IMG/VR virus record: IMGVR_UViG_3300045738_001030
DNA length: 64,000 nt
From: an uncultured virus (IMG/VR IMGVR_UViG_3300045738_001030)
Lineage: Duplodnaviria; Heunggongvirae; Uroviricota; Caudoviricetes
Reading direction: 5' to 3' (one strand)
The stretch's first letter is position 1. Each line of letters begins with the position of its first letter. This document shows, one piece after another, positions 35,559-44,114 of this stretch. The position numbers and the translations under genes were made by a program. The notes beneath the pieces were generated by a model that was not told the origin of the DNA, ran no database searches, and saw nothing but the letters and a program-made list of their open reading frames with translations.

Positions 35559-36216
35559 AGATACTTGCAAAACGCAATCTCCGTATTTTGAAACGGATTC
35601 GCTTTGTGAGAATGGCTGGCAGCCCCTATATTTAACGGGGTTATTGCGGGATATACTCATTCGGCACTTTTCTGCGGCTGATAACTTACGAGCAGAAGAT
35701 TTAAAGCAATTCATCTGGAAGGAGGGGGCCGACTCGGGTATATTAATTGAAAGCGTTTATCGGTGGCGCAGTGATCTTGTTGGAAAAAGACCTGCGTTGC
35801 TGGTAAAGAGAAATGCTTATCGCCAGAGGCGTCTTGGAATAAATGACGAGGTGATGGGAGTTGGGTTAGACGAAACCCTGTATGAAAACGAAAGAGGTGC
35901 ACATTCCCTTTACACAGTACACTGGGTAGGGAGTCACACCATTTTCTGCATCCACGGAACGGGTGCAAGTTGTGAAATCTTGGCGAGCGAGGTAGTAGAC
36001 CAATTTACGGTCTTTTCCCCCGCTATTCGTCAAACATTGGAACTTGATGAATTTCAAGTGACAGAAGTGGGAGAAATTAGTGAGCTTGAAGAAGCCACTG
36101 AGAATTATGTGATCCCTGTTACGGTTGGCTGGGTATATAACAAAACTTGGCAGCTTCAACTGGAGTCGCTTCCCCTTCGTAAGGTCGTTCAGAACATTAC
36201 TCCGAACGACTGTTAA
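35512..36216 (+). CDS. Putative tail completion/terminator protein
   Basis: Immediately before the sheath; KRPALLVKR and YVIPVTVGW patterns. Confidence 0.58.
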   Translation: MTTPEDWCQTTPPTPKDTCKTQSPYFETDSLCENGWQPLYLTGLLRDILIRHFSAADNLRAEDLKQFIWKEGADSGILIESVYRWRSDLVGKRPALLVKRNAYRQRRLGINDEVMGVGLDETLYENERGAHSLYTVHWVGSHTIFCIHGTGASCEILASEVVDQFTVFSPAIRQTLELDEFQVTEVGEISELEEATENYVIPVTVGWVYNKTWQLQLESLPLRKVVQNITPNDC

Positions 36217-36260
36217 TTAGTACAACAATCACAACAATATAGGTATGGAGACCGTTTATT

Positions 36261-39110
36261 ATGGCTACTTACGTTTTACCCCAAGTCCTTGTATTTCAGG
36301 ACTTTACTATTGCAGTTACCGCAGCGGCAAATCCGTTGTCTTCTTTCATTACCGGCGGTCACGCACAGTTAATTCGTTATGACGACGCCGATGAGCGCGA
36401 GTTCGGAGACCTCGGGTATTACGAAGAGTCTATTGCTACATCTTATTTGTGGCCCAGCAGAGAACCGGGCGGCATTGTTGATGGAGACTATACCAAGGTA
36501 TGGATTCAAAATGCACTGCTTCAGTACTACACGGATGCGGTAAGTGCGGGCGATCCCATTCTGGTTGTCGCCGATTACAACAATCGTGTTCGTTCGAATA
36601 CTACTAACTATACGACCAATGGCGTGTACGCAAGAGAGTCCACGTTGTATGACCGCGATGTCAAAGTTGGTGACGTGATTCGAGTTCGCGGTGTTCCAAC
36701 TGGCGGCGGAGATCCTGTCGTTTTGTGGACGTATGTCAAAAGTATTATTGCGGACGAGGTTGCAGCGATTATTGCTTCGTCAACAGATGATTCCAGTAAT
36801 GCGCAGGATCAAGCTGTCGTGGCCGTCCCGACAGTCACTCAGACAGCGGGACCTGAGAACTGTATTATCGCCACAGGCGACGGTACAGGGTACGACGGTA
36901 TTGCGTCAGGTAAGGTTACCGAGACGTATACAATTACCGTAACTGAAAGTTCGGCGGCTGGCGAGTTGCCTACTGGTCGACTTACGATTTTGTCTGCTAG
37001 TGGGACGGATGACGTTTTATCTGTTGTTCCCGAGGCTAACGGTGATCCAACGTCTATCGGAACACGTGGCCTTACCGTTACGTTTACGGATGACGATGGT
37101 GCGGCTTGTTCTTTGTCTGCTGACCATGGTAGCTACGGCTACAACGATTTGATTCAGGGACAGGTATTTACTGTCACTGCTCAGATGGCATGGGAAGTAG
37201 TCGTGTCAACGAGCGGCGGCACATATATTGATGCCAATAGCACTACTTATATCGTCGAAGTTACTAAGGGCGGCGCATTTGCGGACACTGTTAAACCGCA
37301 GATTAGCGTCACTACGGTTAATGGTTTTGACCAAAGTGGTCCTCACGACGTAACTGCCACGGCAACGGCTGTGGCCATTGGCACCGAGGGCGTCACTATT
37401 TCCTTCGATCAGGCGGGTCCACCCACCCATGGTCCGGGCTTGGTTTTGTATGACCGTTTCTATGTCGAGGTTACTGGTGTTGGCCAAGGGCCCACTAGAA
37501 CCTTGGAATTGGGGCACAACTTGTCAGATACGTTGACGTCAGGAGATGAATGTGGAGTTGAACTCTATATTCGTAATGCGTTGCTTCAGGTCGCACAAAA
37601 TCGTGCTAATTATGCTCCGGTGACAAACTGGGATCAGACTGAAACAGAGATTACCGTCAATGCCGGTATTATCGCTTATGATAGTACGTGGACTGATGAT
37701 GGTGTTCTCAAGGAGCTGGGCGTCTTTAGTTCATCGGATGCCGGTTACGGCAAACTTTTTGTTGAATATCGTGCTTGGCTTCCGGATTTGTGTTCGCAAA
37801 TTACCAGTATCACGGATGTTGGTGATATTGATGATATTGCGGGTTCGTTGACACCGGATAATCCTCTGAAATGGGGCGTCTACAAGGCTCTTACTAATTC
37901 CAATGGCACTCCGGTGCTTTATTCCGCTATTTGCGATCCTCGTGATCCAGATGATTGGGATGAGCCCTTGGATCTTGCGCAGCAGCGTGATGATTGCTAT
38001 GGTTTTGTACCGCTGACGAGAGATGCCACTGTTCTGGGCCTCTATCAGGCTCATGTAGGGGCTATGTCTTCGGCTACTGAGGCGCTTTGGCGTGTCGCTT
38101 GGTTTAACCTTCTTGGTGTTCCGGAAATTCCTGTCGTGGCAAAAGGCTCGACTGTTCCGGGGCATACCACGGCAACGACGTCTGATGGGGAAGACGCATT
38201 ATGCGTATTTGAGGATGATCCTAACACCTCAGGTGAGCAGTATACGCGTCTTCGTAATCCGTCCGGTAATGCCGACTTCATTGAGAACGGGGTTCGCGCA
38301 GGCGATATTGTGCGTGCTTTGTATGTCGGTGACGGTTTTGGTAATTACACTTACACTGAATTCATCGTAGATGATGTTCAGGCGGAGGATCAAATTCGTC
38401 TTATGACGGGTCCGTCATTGCCGCAGAGTGTAGCCGCCAAGATTGAAATTTGGCGCAATTTGACTCTTACTGAAGAGTCGTTTGAGATTGGTAAGGATGC
38501 GGGTGCTTATAATGATCGCCGTATTCGTGCTGTCTGGCCTGATCAAATTGAAACTTCTGGCACTGTCCAAGACGGTTTTTATCTTGCTGCGGCACTTTCC
38601 GGTTTAACTTCCGGCGTGGTTCCGCATCAGGGCTTGACCCGCTTGGCCGTTGCTGGTTTTACGGACGTGCAGCGGACATCCCGATTCAGCAAAGCTCAGC
38701 TTGATGCGATGGCTATTGCTGGAACGTGGATCGTTATGCAAACTCCACTGGGTGATATCTTTACTCGCCATGCGGTAACGACTGGCAACTACTCAGATAT
38801 CAATCAGCGTGAAGAGATGCTTACTAGAAACGTGGATTCGATTAGTTACCGGTTTAAGGATTTCTTTGAGCCTTATATCGGTGTTTCTAACGTTACTCCA
38901 AGTATGGCGGAAGAGTTGCAGATCGGTATTGGAGATCTCGCTCATAATCTGGAAACGGAATTCTTCACTGAAAATCTCGGAGGTCAATTGATTTCAGCAA
39001 CAATTGTTTCGTTCGAGGTAAGCGCAGTTTTCAAGGATAGATATGTTTGCTTCCTTGAAATTGAAGTACCGTATGCGTTGAATAACTTTGAAATTCACTT
39101 GGTAGTTTAA
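36261..39110 (+). CDS. Contractile tail sheath protein
   Basis: 949 aa; MATYVLPQVLVFQ N-terminus; GFYLAAALSGL, TRHAVTT, EEMLTRNVDSIS, YIG..N, VPYALNNFEIHLVV C-terminus. Confidence 0.9.
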   Translation: MATYVLPQVLVFQDFTIAVTAAANPLSSFITGGHAQLIRYDDADEREFGDLGYYEESIATSYLWPSREPGGIVDGDYTKVWIQNALLQYYTDAVSAGDPILVVADYNNRVRSNTTNYTTNGVYARESTLYDRDVKVGDVIRVRGVPTGGGDPVVLWTYVKSIIADEVAAIIASSTDDSSNAQDQAVVAVPTVTQTAGPENCIIATGDGTGYDGIASGKVTETYTITVTESSAAGELPTGRLTILSASGTDDVLSVVPEANGDPTSIGTRGLTVTFTDDDGAACSLSADHGSYGYNDLIQGQVFTVTAQMAWEVVVSTSGGTYIDANSTTYIVEVTKGGAFADTVKPQISVTTVNGFDQSGPHDVTATATAVAIGTEGVTISFDQAGPPTHGPGLVLYDRFYVEVTGVGQGPTRTLELGHNLSDTLTSGDECGVELYIRNALLQVAQNRANYAPVTNWDQTETEITVNAGIIAYDSTWTDDGVLKELGVFSSSDAGYGKLFVEYRAWLPDLCSQITSITDVGDIDDIAGSLTPDNPLKWGVYKALTNSNGTPVLYSAICDPRDPDDWDEPLDLAQQRDDCYGFVPLTRDATVLGLYQAHVGAMSSATEALWRVAWFNLLGVPEIPVVAKGSTVPGHTTATTSDGEDALCVFEDDPNTSGEQYTRLRNPSGNADFIENGVRAGDIVRALYVGDGFGNYTYTEFIVDDVQAEDQIRLMTGPSLPQSVAAKIEIWRNLTLTEESFEIGKDAGAYNDRRIRAVWPDQIETSGTVQDGFYLAAALSGLTSGVVPHQGLTRLAVAGFTDVQRTSRFSKAQLDAMAIAGTWIVMQTPLGDIFTRHAVTTGNYSDINQREEMLTRNVDSISYRFKDFFEPYIGVSNVTPSMAEELQIGIGDLAHNLETEFFTENLGGQLISATIVSFEVSAVFKDRYVCFLEIEVPYALNNFEIHLVV

Positions 39111-39122
39111 CTTGTTGCCTAT

Positions 39123-39157
39123 CTCCGGGGGGCACTGCCAGCCCCCCGGGGTTTTTC
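39123..39157 (+). terminator. Intrinsic terminator-like hairpin after sheath gene
   Basis: CTCCGGGGGGC-ACTGCCA-GCCCCCCGGGG-TTTTTC. Confidence 0.7.
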
Positions 39158-39218
39158 CTCGCGTAGGACAAACGTCTGCGGGATGGCATCCGCGACTTAA
39201 ATTATGGAGATTTAAACA

Positions 39219-39680
39219 ATGGCTAGAGTATTCGCAGAATCAACTCCCAATCTTAAGGGTGTTTGGTCTTCTAACAAAGCTGGAGTTCGCGGGGCTGGTG
39301 GAAACCTTGGTGTTGTTACTAACATCCAGATCCAGTTCTCTCAAACTGTCAATCGTATTTTCGATTTGAATAGGAAAGCGGGTAAGGGTGCCTTTTATTA
39401 CATAGGTGGTCGTGCCGAGGGACGAGCTACTTTTGGTCGTCTTATTGGCCCCGCAGGTTCTGGTTGCGATTTTTACGCTAAGTATGGCAATATCTGTAAT
39501 ATCAAAGACAGTATTTCCATAACATTTGTAGGGTCGGGTAAGGGTAAATGTGGAAATACCACATCGACTTACAAGATGATGAAGCCTATTGCTGTTCAAG
39601 TGGGTATTACACAAAATGCCCAAGATACAATGATTAACGAAAATGTGCAGTTCATGTTTGCGGACTTGGATTGCAAGTAA
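39219..39680 (+). CDS. Tail tube protein
   Basis: 153 aa directly after the sheath; IQIQFSQTVNRIFDL, YYIGGRAEG, INENVQFMF. Confidence 0.78.
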   Translation: MARVFAESTPNLKGVWSSNKAGVRGAGGNLGVVTNIQIQFSQTVNRIFDLNRKAGKGAFYYIGGRAEGRATFGRLIGPAGSGCDFYAKYGNICNIKDSISITFVGSGKGKCGNTTSTYKMMKPIAVQVGITQNAQDTMINENVQFMFADLDCK

Positions 39681-39714
39681 TCGTTGATACATTGACAACT
39701 TAACGTTGTTATTA

Positions 39715-39758
39715 AATTCGACCCTGATCCTCTACAGGGTCAGGGTCGAATTATTTTG
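39715..39758 (+). terminator. Long hairpin/terminator after tube gene
   Basis: AATTCGACCCTGATCCT-CTAC-AGGGTCAGGGTCGAATT (17-bp stem, one G-U) then ATTTT. Confidence 0.72.
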
Positions 39759-39797
39759 AGCTTAGTGCTCATTAACCGCACCGGAAGGTGAGATATT

Positions 39798-42581
39798 ATG
39801 GCGTACAAGCAATTTCAAGATGTAGATTCGTTTAACGAGGGTGCTGGTTATACGGACGATTTTATTCGGCAGATAAAAGATCCGACAACTGATGCACTTA
39901 CTGCACATCTTTCTGCTCTAAATCCTTCTGGTCGGCAGCGCATTGAAACCGCGTCTGATACCTCGTACAGCGAAGCGCTGTACCGGCACGGAGTCGGATC
40001 TAACATTCGTACGGGTCTCGTTCTTTTTGCCCTTCCTTACCAGCACCACTATAAAGTGCAGGTAGATGGCGGCCCCGTCACTAAAGCCATCAAAGTAGAG
40101 AGTACCGGAATACTGCCGTTAGGGGCACGGTCTTCTGGCATTATCCCGGTGGGGTCTAGTGTTATTCTACTTTGGCCTGAGAACGCTCCTGTTCCGTACA
40201 TCATCGGTACATTGCCGCATTCTGTGGCGGATGACAGAAAGAATCTTGCCGCTGTTATGCAGCAAGGTGGTAATAGTACCGTCTTATCTCAACTGTTTTA
40301 CAGGCAAATGCCGGGCTTGTTGGCGTTAGACGGGCAAATTCAAAACTATGGCTGCGGTCGTCCTCTGGACGGGCTTAACTACGAGTATTCAATTAGTACG
40401 GACATCTCGCCGAGTTTTTTGATTGATTCGTATCAGATTGCTTTGAGCATTAGCGAAGCGTGTGGGTTGTTCTGTAATTGGTTCGATAACCATACTCGTT
40501 TAGCCGGGTTTGGACTGGATATCCAATCATACGCTGAACATGTTATGCAACGTTATGATGAGGGCGAAAATATATCATTCCGGGGCGGCTTGATTTACCC
40601 GTGGGAATCTACTGGTAACTATAAGTACGGGGAAGATTTCACAAAAGAACGTGAGGTGGAGGAGTATCAACTCTCAAAGGAAACTCCTTACGGGCATATT
40701 GATTTGGATGAAGAAGATCAAGACTTAGTTCCTATTTACCGTTGTATGGAGTATGGGGGCTATCTGGGACAGGGCATTACTCGAATGCTCATGAAACCCG
40801 CAAAAGAAGAAGGTAAGCGACATGCCAAAGATGAAGATATTGATTACGGCTTGTGGCATGAGACGATAGCGCTGGACGGTAGTTATACCATGCGTTCTGC
40901 GAAGAGTGTCTTTATCGGTAAGTATGCCCTCATCCCGATCCCCAAACGTTTGCGGATGCCGGAAGACTGGAAAGAAGGCGATGACGCTAGAGAAGATAAC
41001 TATAAATTTAGTAGCGAATTTGGTAGTTCCGAGGATCACAAGGTAAAAGATTTCGAAATTTCCGGTGAGGATAAGCATTTATTGCGGGCTGCCGGGGTAT
41101 TAGACCTATTGACGTATAACTACAATTGGAAAGGGACTCACCCCTTTTATTACCACAAAAAGGATTACAATTTTCCCGAGGAAAGTAAGCTTTCTGACAT
41201 AAAAAAAGCGCAAGAAAAACTTTCTTATGGCTCTTTAGCTACAGATAGCTATCTTGATGAACCCAATAGCAAGAAACTCAAGATTGATGATCGATACAAG
41301 AAAGTTGAATATTTTCAAAGTATGGCTTACATCACCATGCTAGAGGATGGCGGAGTTCTAATTGGAGACGGTTACGGCTCTCAGATCACTATGACGGGCG
41401 GTCAAATTCGGTTAGAGGCTCCCGGCGAGGTAATGATCATGCCGGGAACTCGTGCCGTTACGTTGTGCGACGAATTCCTTGTTCGGGCGAAGAGCAACAT
41501 CGAGCTTTCCAGTTCTGAGAAGGATGTACGGTTGAAAGCCGAACGTAATATGCAATTGCTGTCTGGCAATGATGGTAAAGGGGGAATGCTGATTGAAAAT
41601 AAGGCTGAGAAGAGTTGGAAGCACAAGTACAAAGAGAAATATGGTGATGAAGTTGTTGATTCGGGTATTACATTGCTAGCGAAAGACTCAGGCGTGGGTG
41701 CCGTAGGTAACGACATTTATATTCGTAGTAATGCTAGTGGAGGATCGGGCGGGGGCCAAATAACTTTGGATGGCGGACAAGGCCGCGACAATATTGTGAT
41801 GTACGCCAAGGCATTTCATATCTTTGAAAGCGAGGGTATGACTTTATGGGAAGGCCCCGAAGGCGAAAACCCGGACGAGATGAAAGAAACACATCGTTTT
41901 CATAGCTCGGCAACCATGCATTCTTCTCCTCTCTTGGTGGAGGGGAACATTGTGACCACGAAACCGGATAGCTCAATTACAACTGCTGGTTCCATTTACG
42001 CCAAAGAAAATATTTTATGCCGTGGTATCCTTGGTCATTACAATCCTCCTTTTGTTGCCGATCTTAGAAATTCCGACGAAGATCTGGGTACGAAGATTGA
42101 CGAAATAACGAAGGGGGCTCAAGACGGTATTGATAACGTGGTTGGCATGGGCAAAACGTCTTTCACACAACTCGATGAGCTGTACGGTGATAACAAGATC
42201 GGAAATTCTGAGTTTCTGAATAATACGATGGGATTTTCGTTCAATGATAAACCCAAGGGTAAGCCCTATGGTTACAGCGCGAATACTTTTAAATTGCCCG
42301 AAACACGGTGGCAACAATGGACTAATTTAGGTATTGCGAGCGGGGGCAGCGGGTGGAAGGAAAAGTCGGTCAAGTATCAGGGTGCTGAGAGTTATCCGTG
42401 GCCCGGCAAGAAAAACTGGGTGGAAGGGACGAATTACAAGAGAATAAAGAAGTTGAACCTATTTGATGCGTCACAGGGAAGGGCTATTGATCGTGAAGGC
42501 GGTGAATATGAAGAGCCTAAGTTAGAAGATTTTGATTCTAAGATTGCGGACAGCAATTACACCTTAATCGGAGGAAGTTAA
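39798..42581 (+). CDS. Putative baseplate central spike protein (gp5/gpV/VgrG-like)
   Basis: OB-fold-like IPVGSSVILL...PYIIGTLP; short beta-strand repeats (GSQITMTGGQIRLEAPG, ARSNIEL-like AKSNIELSSSEKDVRLKAERNMQL). Confidence 0.6.
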   Translation: MAYKQFQDVDSFNEGAGYTDDFIRQIKDPTTDALTAHLSALNPSGRQRIETASDTSYSEALYRHGVGSNIRTGLVLFALPYQHHYKVQVDGGPVTKAIKVESTGILPLGARSSGIIPVGSSVILLWPENAPVPYIIGTLPHSVADDRKNLAAVMQQGGNSTVLSQLFYRQMPGLLALDGQIQNYGCGRPLDGLNYEYSISTDISPSFLIDSYQIALSISEACGLFCNWFDNHTRLAGFGLDIQSYAEHVMQRYDEGENISFRGGLIYPWESTGNYKYGEDFTKEREVEEYQLSKETPYGHIDLDEEDQDLVPIYRCMEYGGYLGQGITRMLMKPAKEEGKRHAKDEDIDYGLWHETIALDGSYTMRSAKSVFIGKYALIPIPKRLRMPEDWKEGDDAREDNYKFSSEFGSSEDHKVKDFEISGEDKHLLRAAGVLDLLTYNYNWKGTHPFYYHKKDYNFPEESKLSDIKKAQEKLSYGSLATDSYLDEPNSKKLKIDDRYKKVEYFQSMAYITMLEDGGVLIGDGYGSQITMTGGQIRLEAPGEVMIMPGTRAVTLCDEFLVRAKSNIELSSSEKDVRLKAERNMQLLSGNDGKGGMLIENKAEKSWKHKYKEKYGDEVVDSGITLLAKDSGVGAVGNDIYIRSNASGGSGGGQITLDGGQGRDNIVMYAKAFHIFESEGMTLWEGPEGENPDEMKETHRFHSSATMHSSPLLVEGNIVTTKPDSSITTAGSIYAKENILCRGILGHYNPPFVADLRNSDEDLGTKIDEITKGAQDGIDNVVGMGKTSFTQLDELYGDNKIGNSEFLNNTMGFSFNDKPKGKPYGYSANTFKLPETRWQQWTNLGIASGGSGWKEKSVKYQGAESYPWPGKKNWVEGTNYKRIKKLNLFDASQGRAIDREGGEYEEPKLEDFDSKIADSNYTLIGGS

Positions 42582-42582
42582 T

Positions 42583-43602
42583 GTGGCTAAGCAGAATGAA
42601 GATGCGGGTAACCAGCGAGCTGCTCCTGCTAATCTTGATATTGTGAGTGATGTCGACGTGAGTAAATTGAGTACTGCTGAAAAGCAGATGCTTACTGATT
42701 TGAATACCGCTAAGGAGGTAAAGGAGGATGTATTTCCTCCGTCGTTGGCGGATGTCAGTGTTCCGGAGGACGAAACCGTTGACACGATTACTTTTTCCCA
42801 TGAACCGTCTATGCCGGTAGACGACCCCGGACCTCCCGGTGAGCCGGGACCCCCGGGAAAAGAGGCAGACGTCGTTGCGACTGGGGTGCCTGTTGATACG
42901 CCTATACCTGATTTAGATGTGGAGGCGGATTCATCTCCTTCTTTTCCTCCTCCACTTCAGGAAGGACCGGAAATACTTCCGGAAGAAGATGTAGCTGAGG
43001 GTGAGGCCTTGTCAGCAGGAGGAACCTCAGAGCTTCAAAATTGCCCTCATTGCGGGTGGGATATGGGATTGCCCACTATTGCGGAGCCCACTTACGACGA
43101 AAAAATGGGGTTTTTGCACAGTGTACTGGGGCAAAAAACATTCGTTCATCAATACGAACTGTTTGGCGGCAAAGTCATAGTGAGGTTTCGAACACTTACG
43201 ACTAAGGAAATGGATGTTATTTACAACCAAGTATTCCGGGAGCGGGAATCTGGCGCGGTTACTACAATTCAAGATTACTGGGAGAAAGTAAATCGATACA
43301 GGCTGTATTTGCAGTTAACGTATTTGTCGGCTGTAGACGGAAGTTTTACTCATACGTTGCCAGACGGGTATAGTTCCGACGCAAATCCACATGCGGACAG
43401 CCACTACGATTTTAAACCTGCTAATCCTGATGACAGTTATTTACCGGAAATTGAACAACATGTTCTTGAGGAGGTTTTGCGTACTGAAACGATTCAACGT
43501 TCAATCAATACCATGTGCGCGCGCTTTAACAGGCTCGTCGCCAAACTAGAGGCGATGATTGATAACTCGGATTTTTGGGAAGCGACCAAGGAGCAGTCCT
43601 GA
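42583..43602 (+). CDS. Tail assembly chaperone (G-like)
   Basis: GGAGG + GTG; CPHC; VRFRTLTTKEMD; ends ..NSDFW at a slippery site; upstream of tape measure. Confidence 0.65.
   Translation: MAKQNEDAGNQRAAPANLDIVSDVDVSKLSTAEKQMLTDLNTAKEVKEDVFPPSLADVSVPEDETVDTITFSHEPSMPVDDPGPPGEPGPPGKEADVVATGVPVDTPIPDLDVEADSSPSFPPPLQEGPEILPEEDVAEGEALSAGGTSELQNCPHCGWDMGLPTIAEPTYDEKMGFLHSVLGQKTFVHQYELFGGKVIVRFRTLTTKEMDVIYNQVFRERESGAVTTIQDYWEKVNRYRLYLQLTYLSAVDGSFTHTLPDGYSSDANPHADSHYDFKPANPDDSYLPEIEQHVLEEVLRTETIQRSINTMCARFNRLVAKLEAMIDNSDFWEATKEQS
43569..43575 (+). other. Programmed -1 ribosomal frameshift site (G GAT TTT)
   Basis: In-frame G-GAT-TTT-T near the end of the chaperone; the -1 frame opens at 43566 and runs to 44102. 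Confidence 0.6.
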
Positions 43603-44102
43603 CGGTTAGAAGTGCTGTGCGAGGAGTCATCGATTATCGCGAAGCAAATATTTTAGACCGGAGATGGTGGAGACGATGGAGAATTTTAGTAACCGAAATG
43701 TCAGCAGCGGACAACACGGGGTTACGAAGAGGTCTTTACGATTATCATCTTGCCTTAGTCGCTAATTCAGGGCTTACACCCGAAAGTTTCAAACAAACAC
43801 AGGAAAGCGCACGTGATGATTTTGAAGAGCTTATCGCTACGATACGGCCATGGGAAGGTCATGATAAGAGTAGCAGGTTAGACGGAGTAGTTGAAGAATT
43901 CAGACGCGATTGGAAAGAATTTGCAGGGTGGGATTTGGAGGATAAAGAAGCTCTTGCCAAGTGGGAAGCAGAAACGAAAGCTAACTACGAGAAGCATGAT
44001 GCTGAGCAAGCAGCACTAGCAGAAGAAGAAGAAACACGAGATGACAGATTTGAAGAAGCTAAAAAGAGAGTAGAGGAGCGTCGCGCACGTAGTCGTCGAT
44101 AG
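43575..44102 (+). CDS. Tail chaperone extension (T-like), probably expressed as a frameshift fusion
   Basis: -1 frame overlap with the upstream ORF; no evident RBS; directly precedes tape measure. Confidence 0.65.
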   Translation: MGSDQGAVLTVRSAVRGVIDYREANILDRRWWRRWRILVTEMSAADNTGLRRGLYDYHLALVANSGLTPESFKQTQESARDDFEELIATIRPWEGHDKSSRLDGVVEEFRRDWKEFAGWDLEDKEALAKWEAETKANYEKHDAEQAALAEEEETRDDRFEEAKKRVEERRARSRR

Positions 44103-44114
44103 CAAGGAAGCGAT

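Noticed and set aside
39112..39369. 85-aa ORF between sheath and tube
   Set aside because: Runs through a terminator hairpin and overlaps the tube gene out of frame
39692..39720. Canonical sigma70 promoter from TTGACA at 39692
   Set aside because: No good -10 at 16-18 bp spacing, and the region runs into the terminator hairpin
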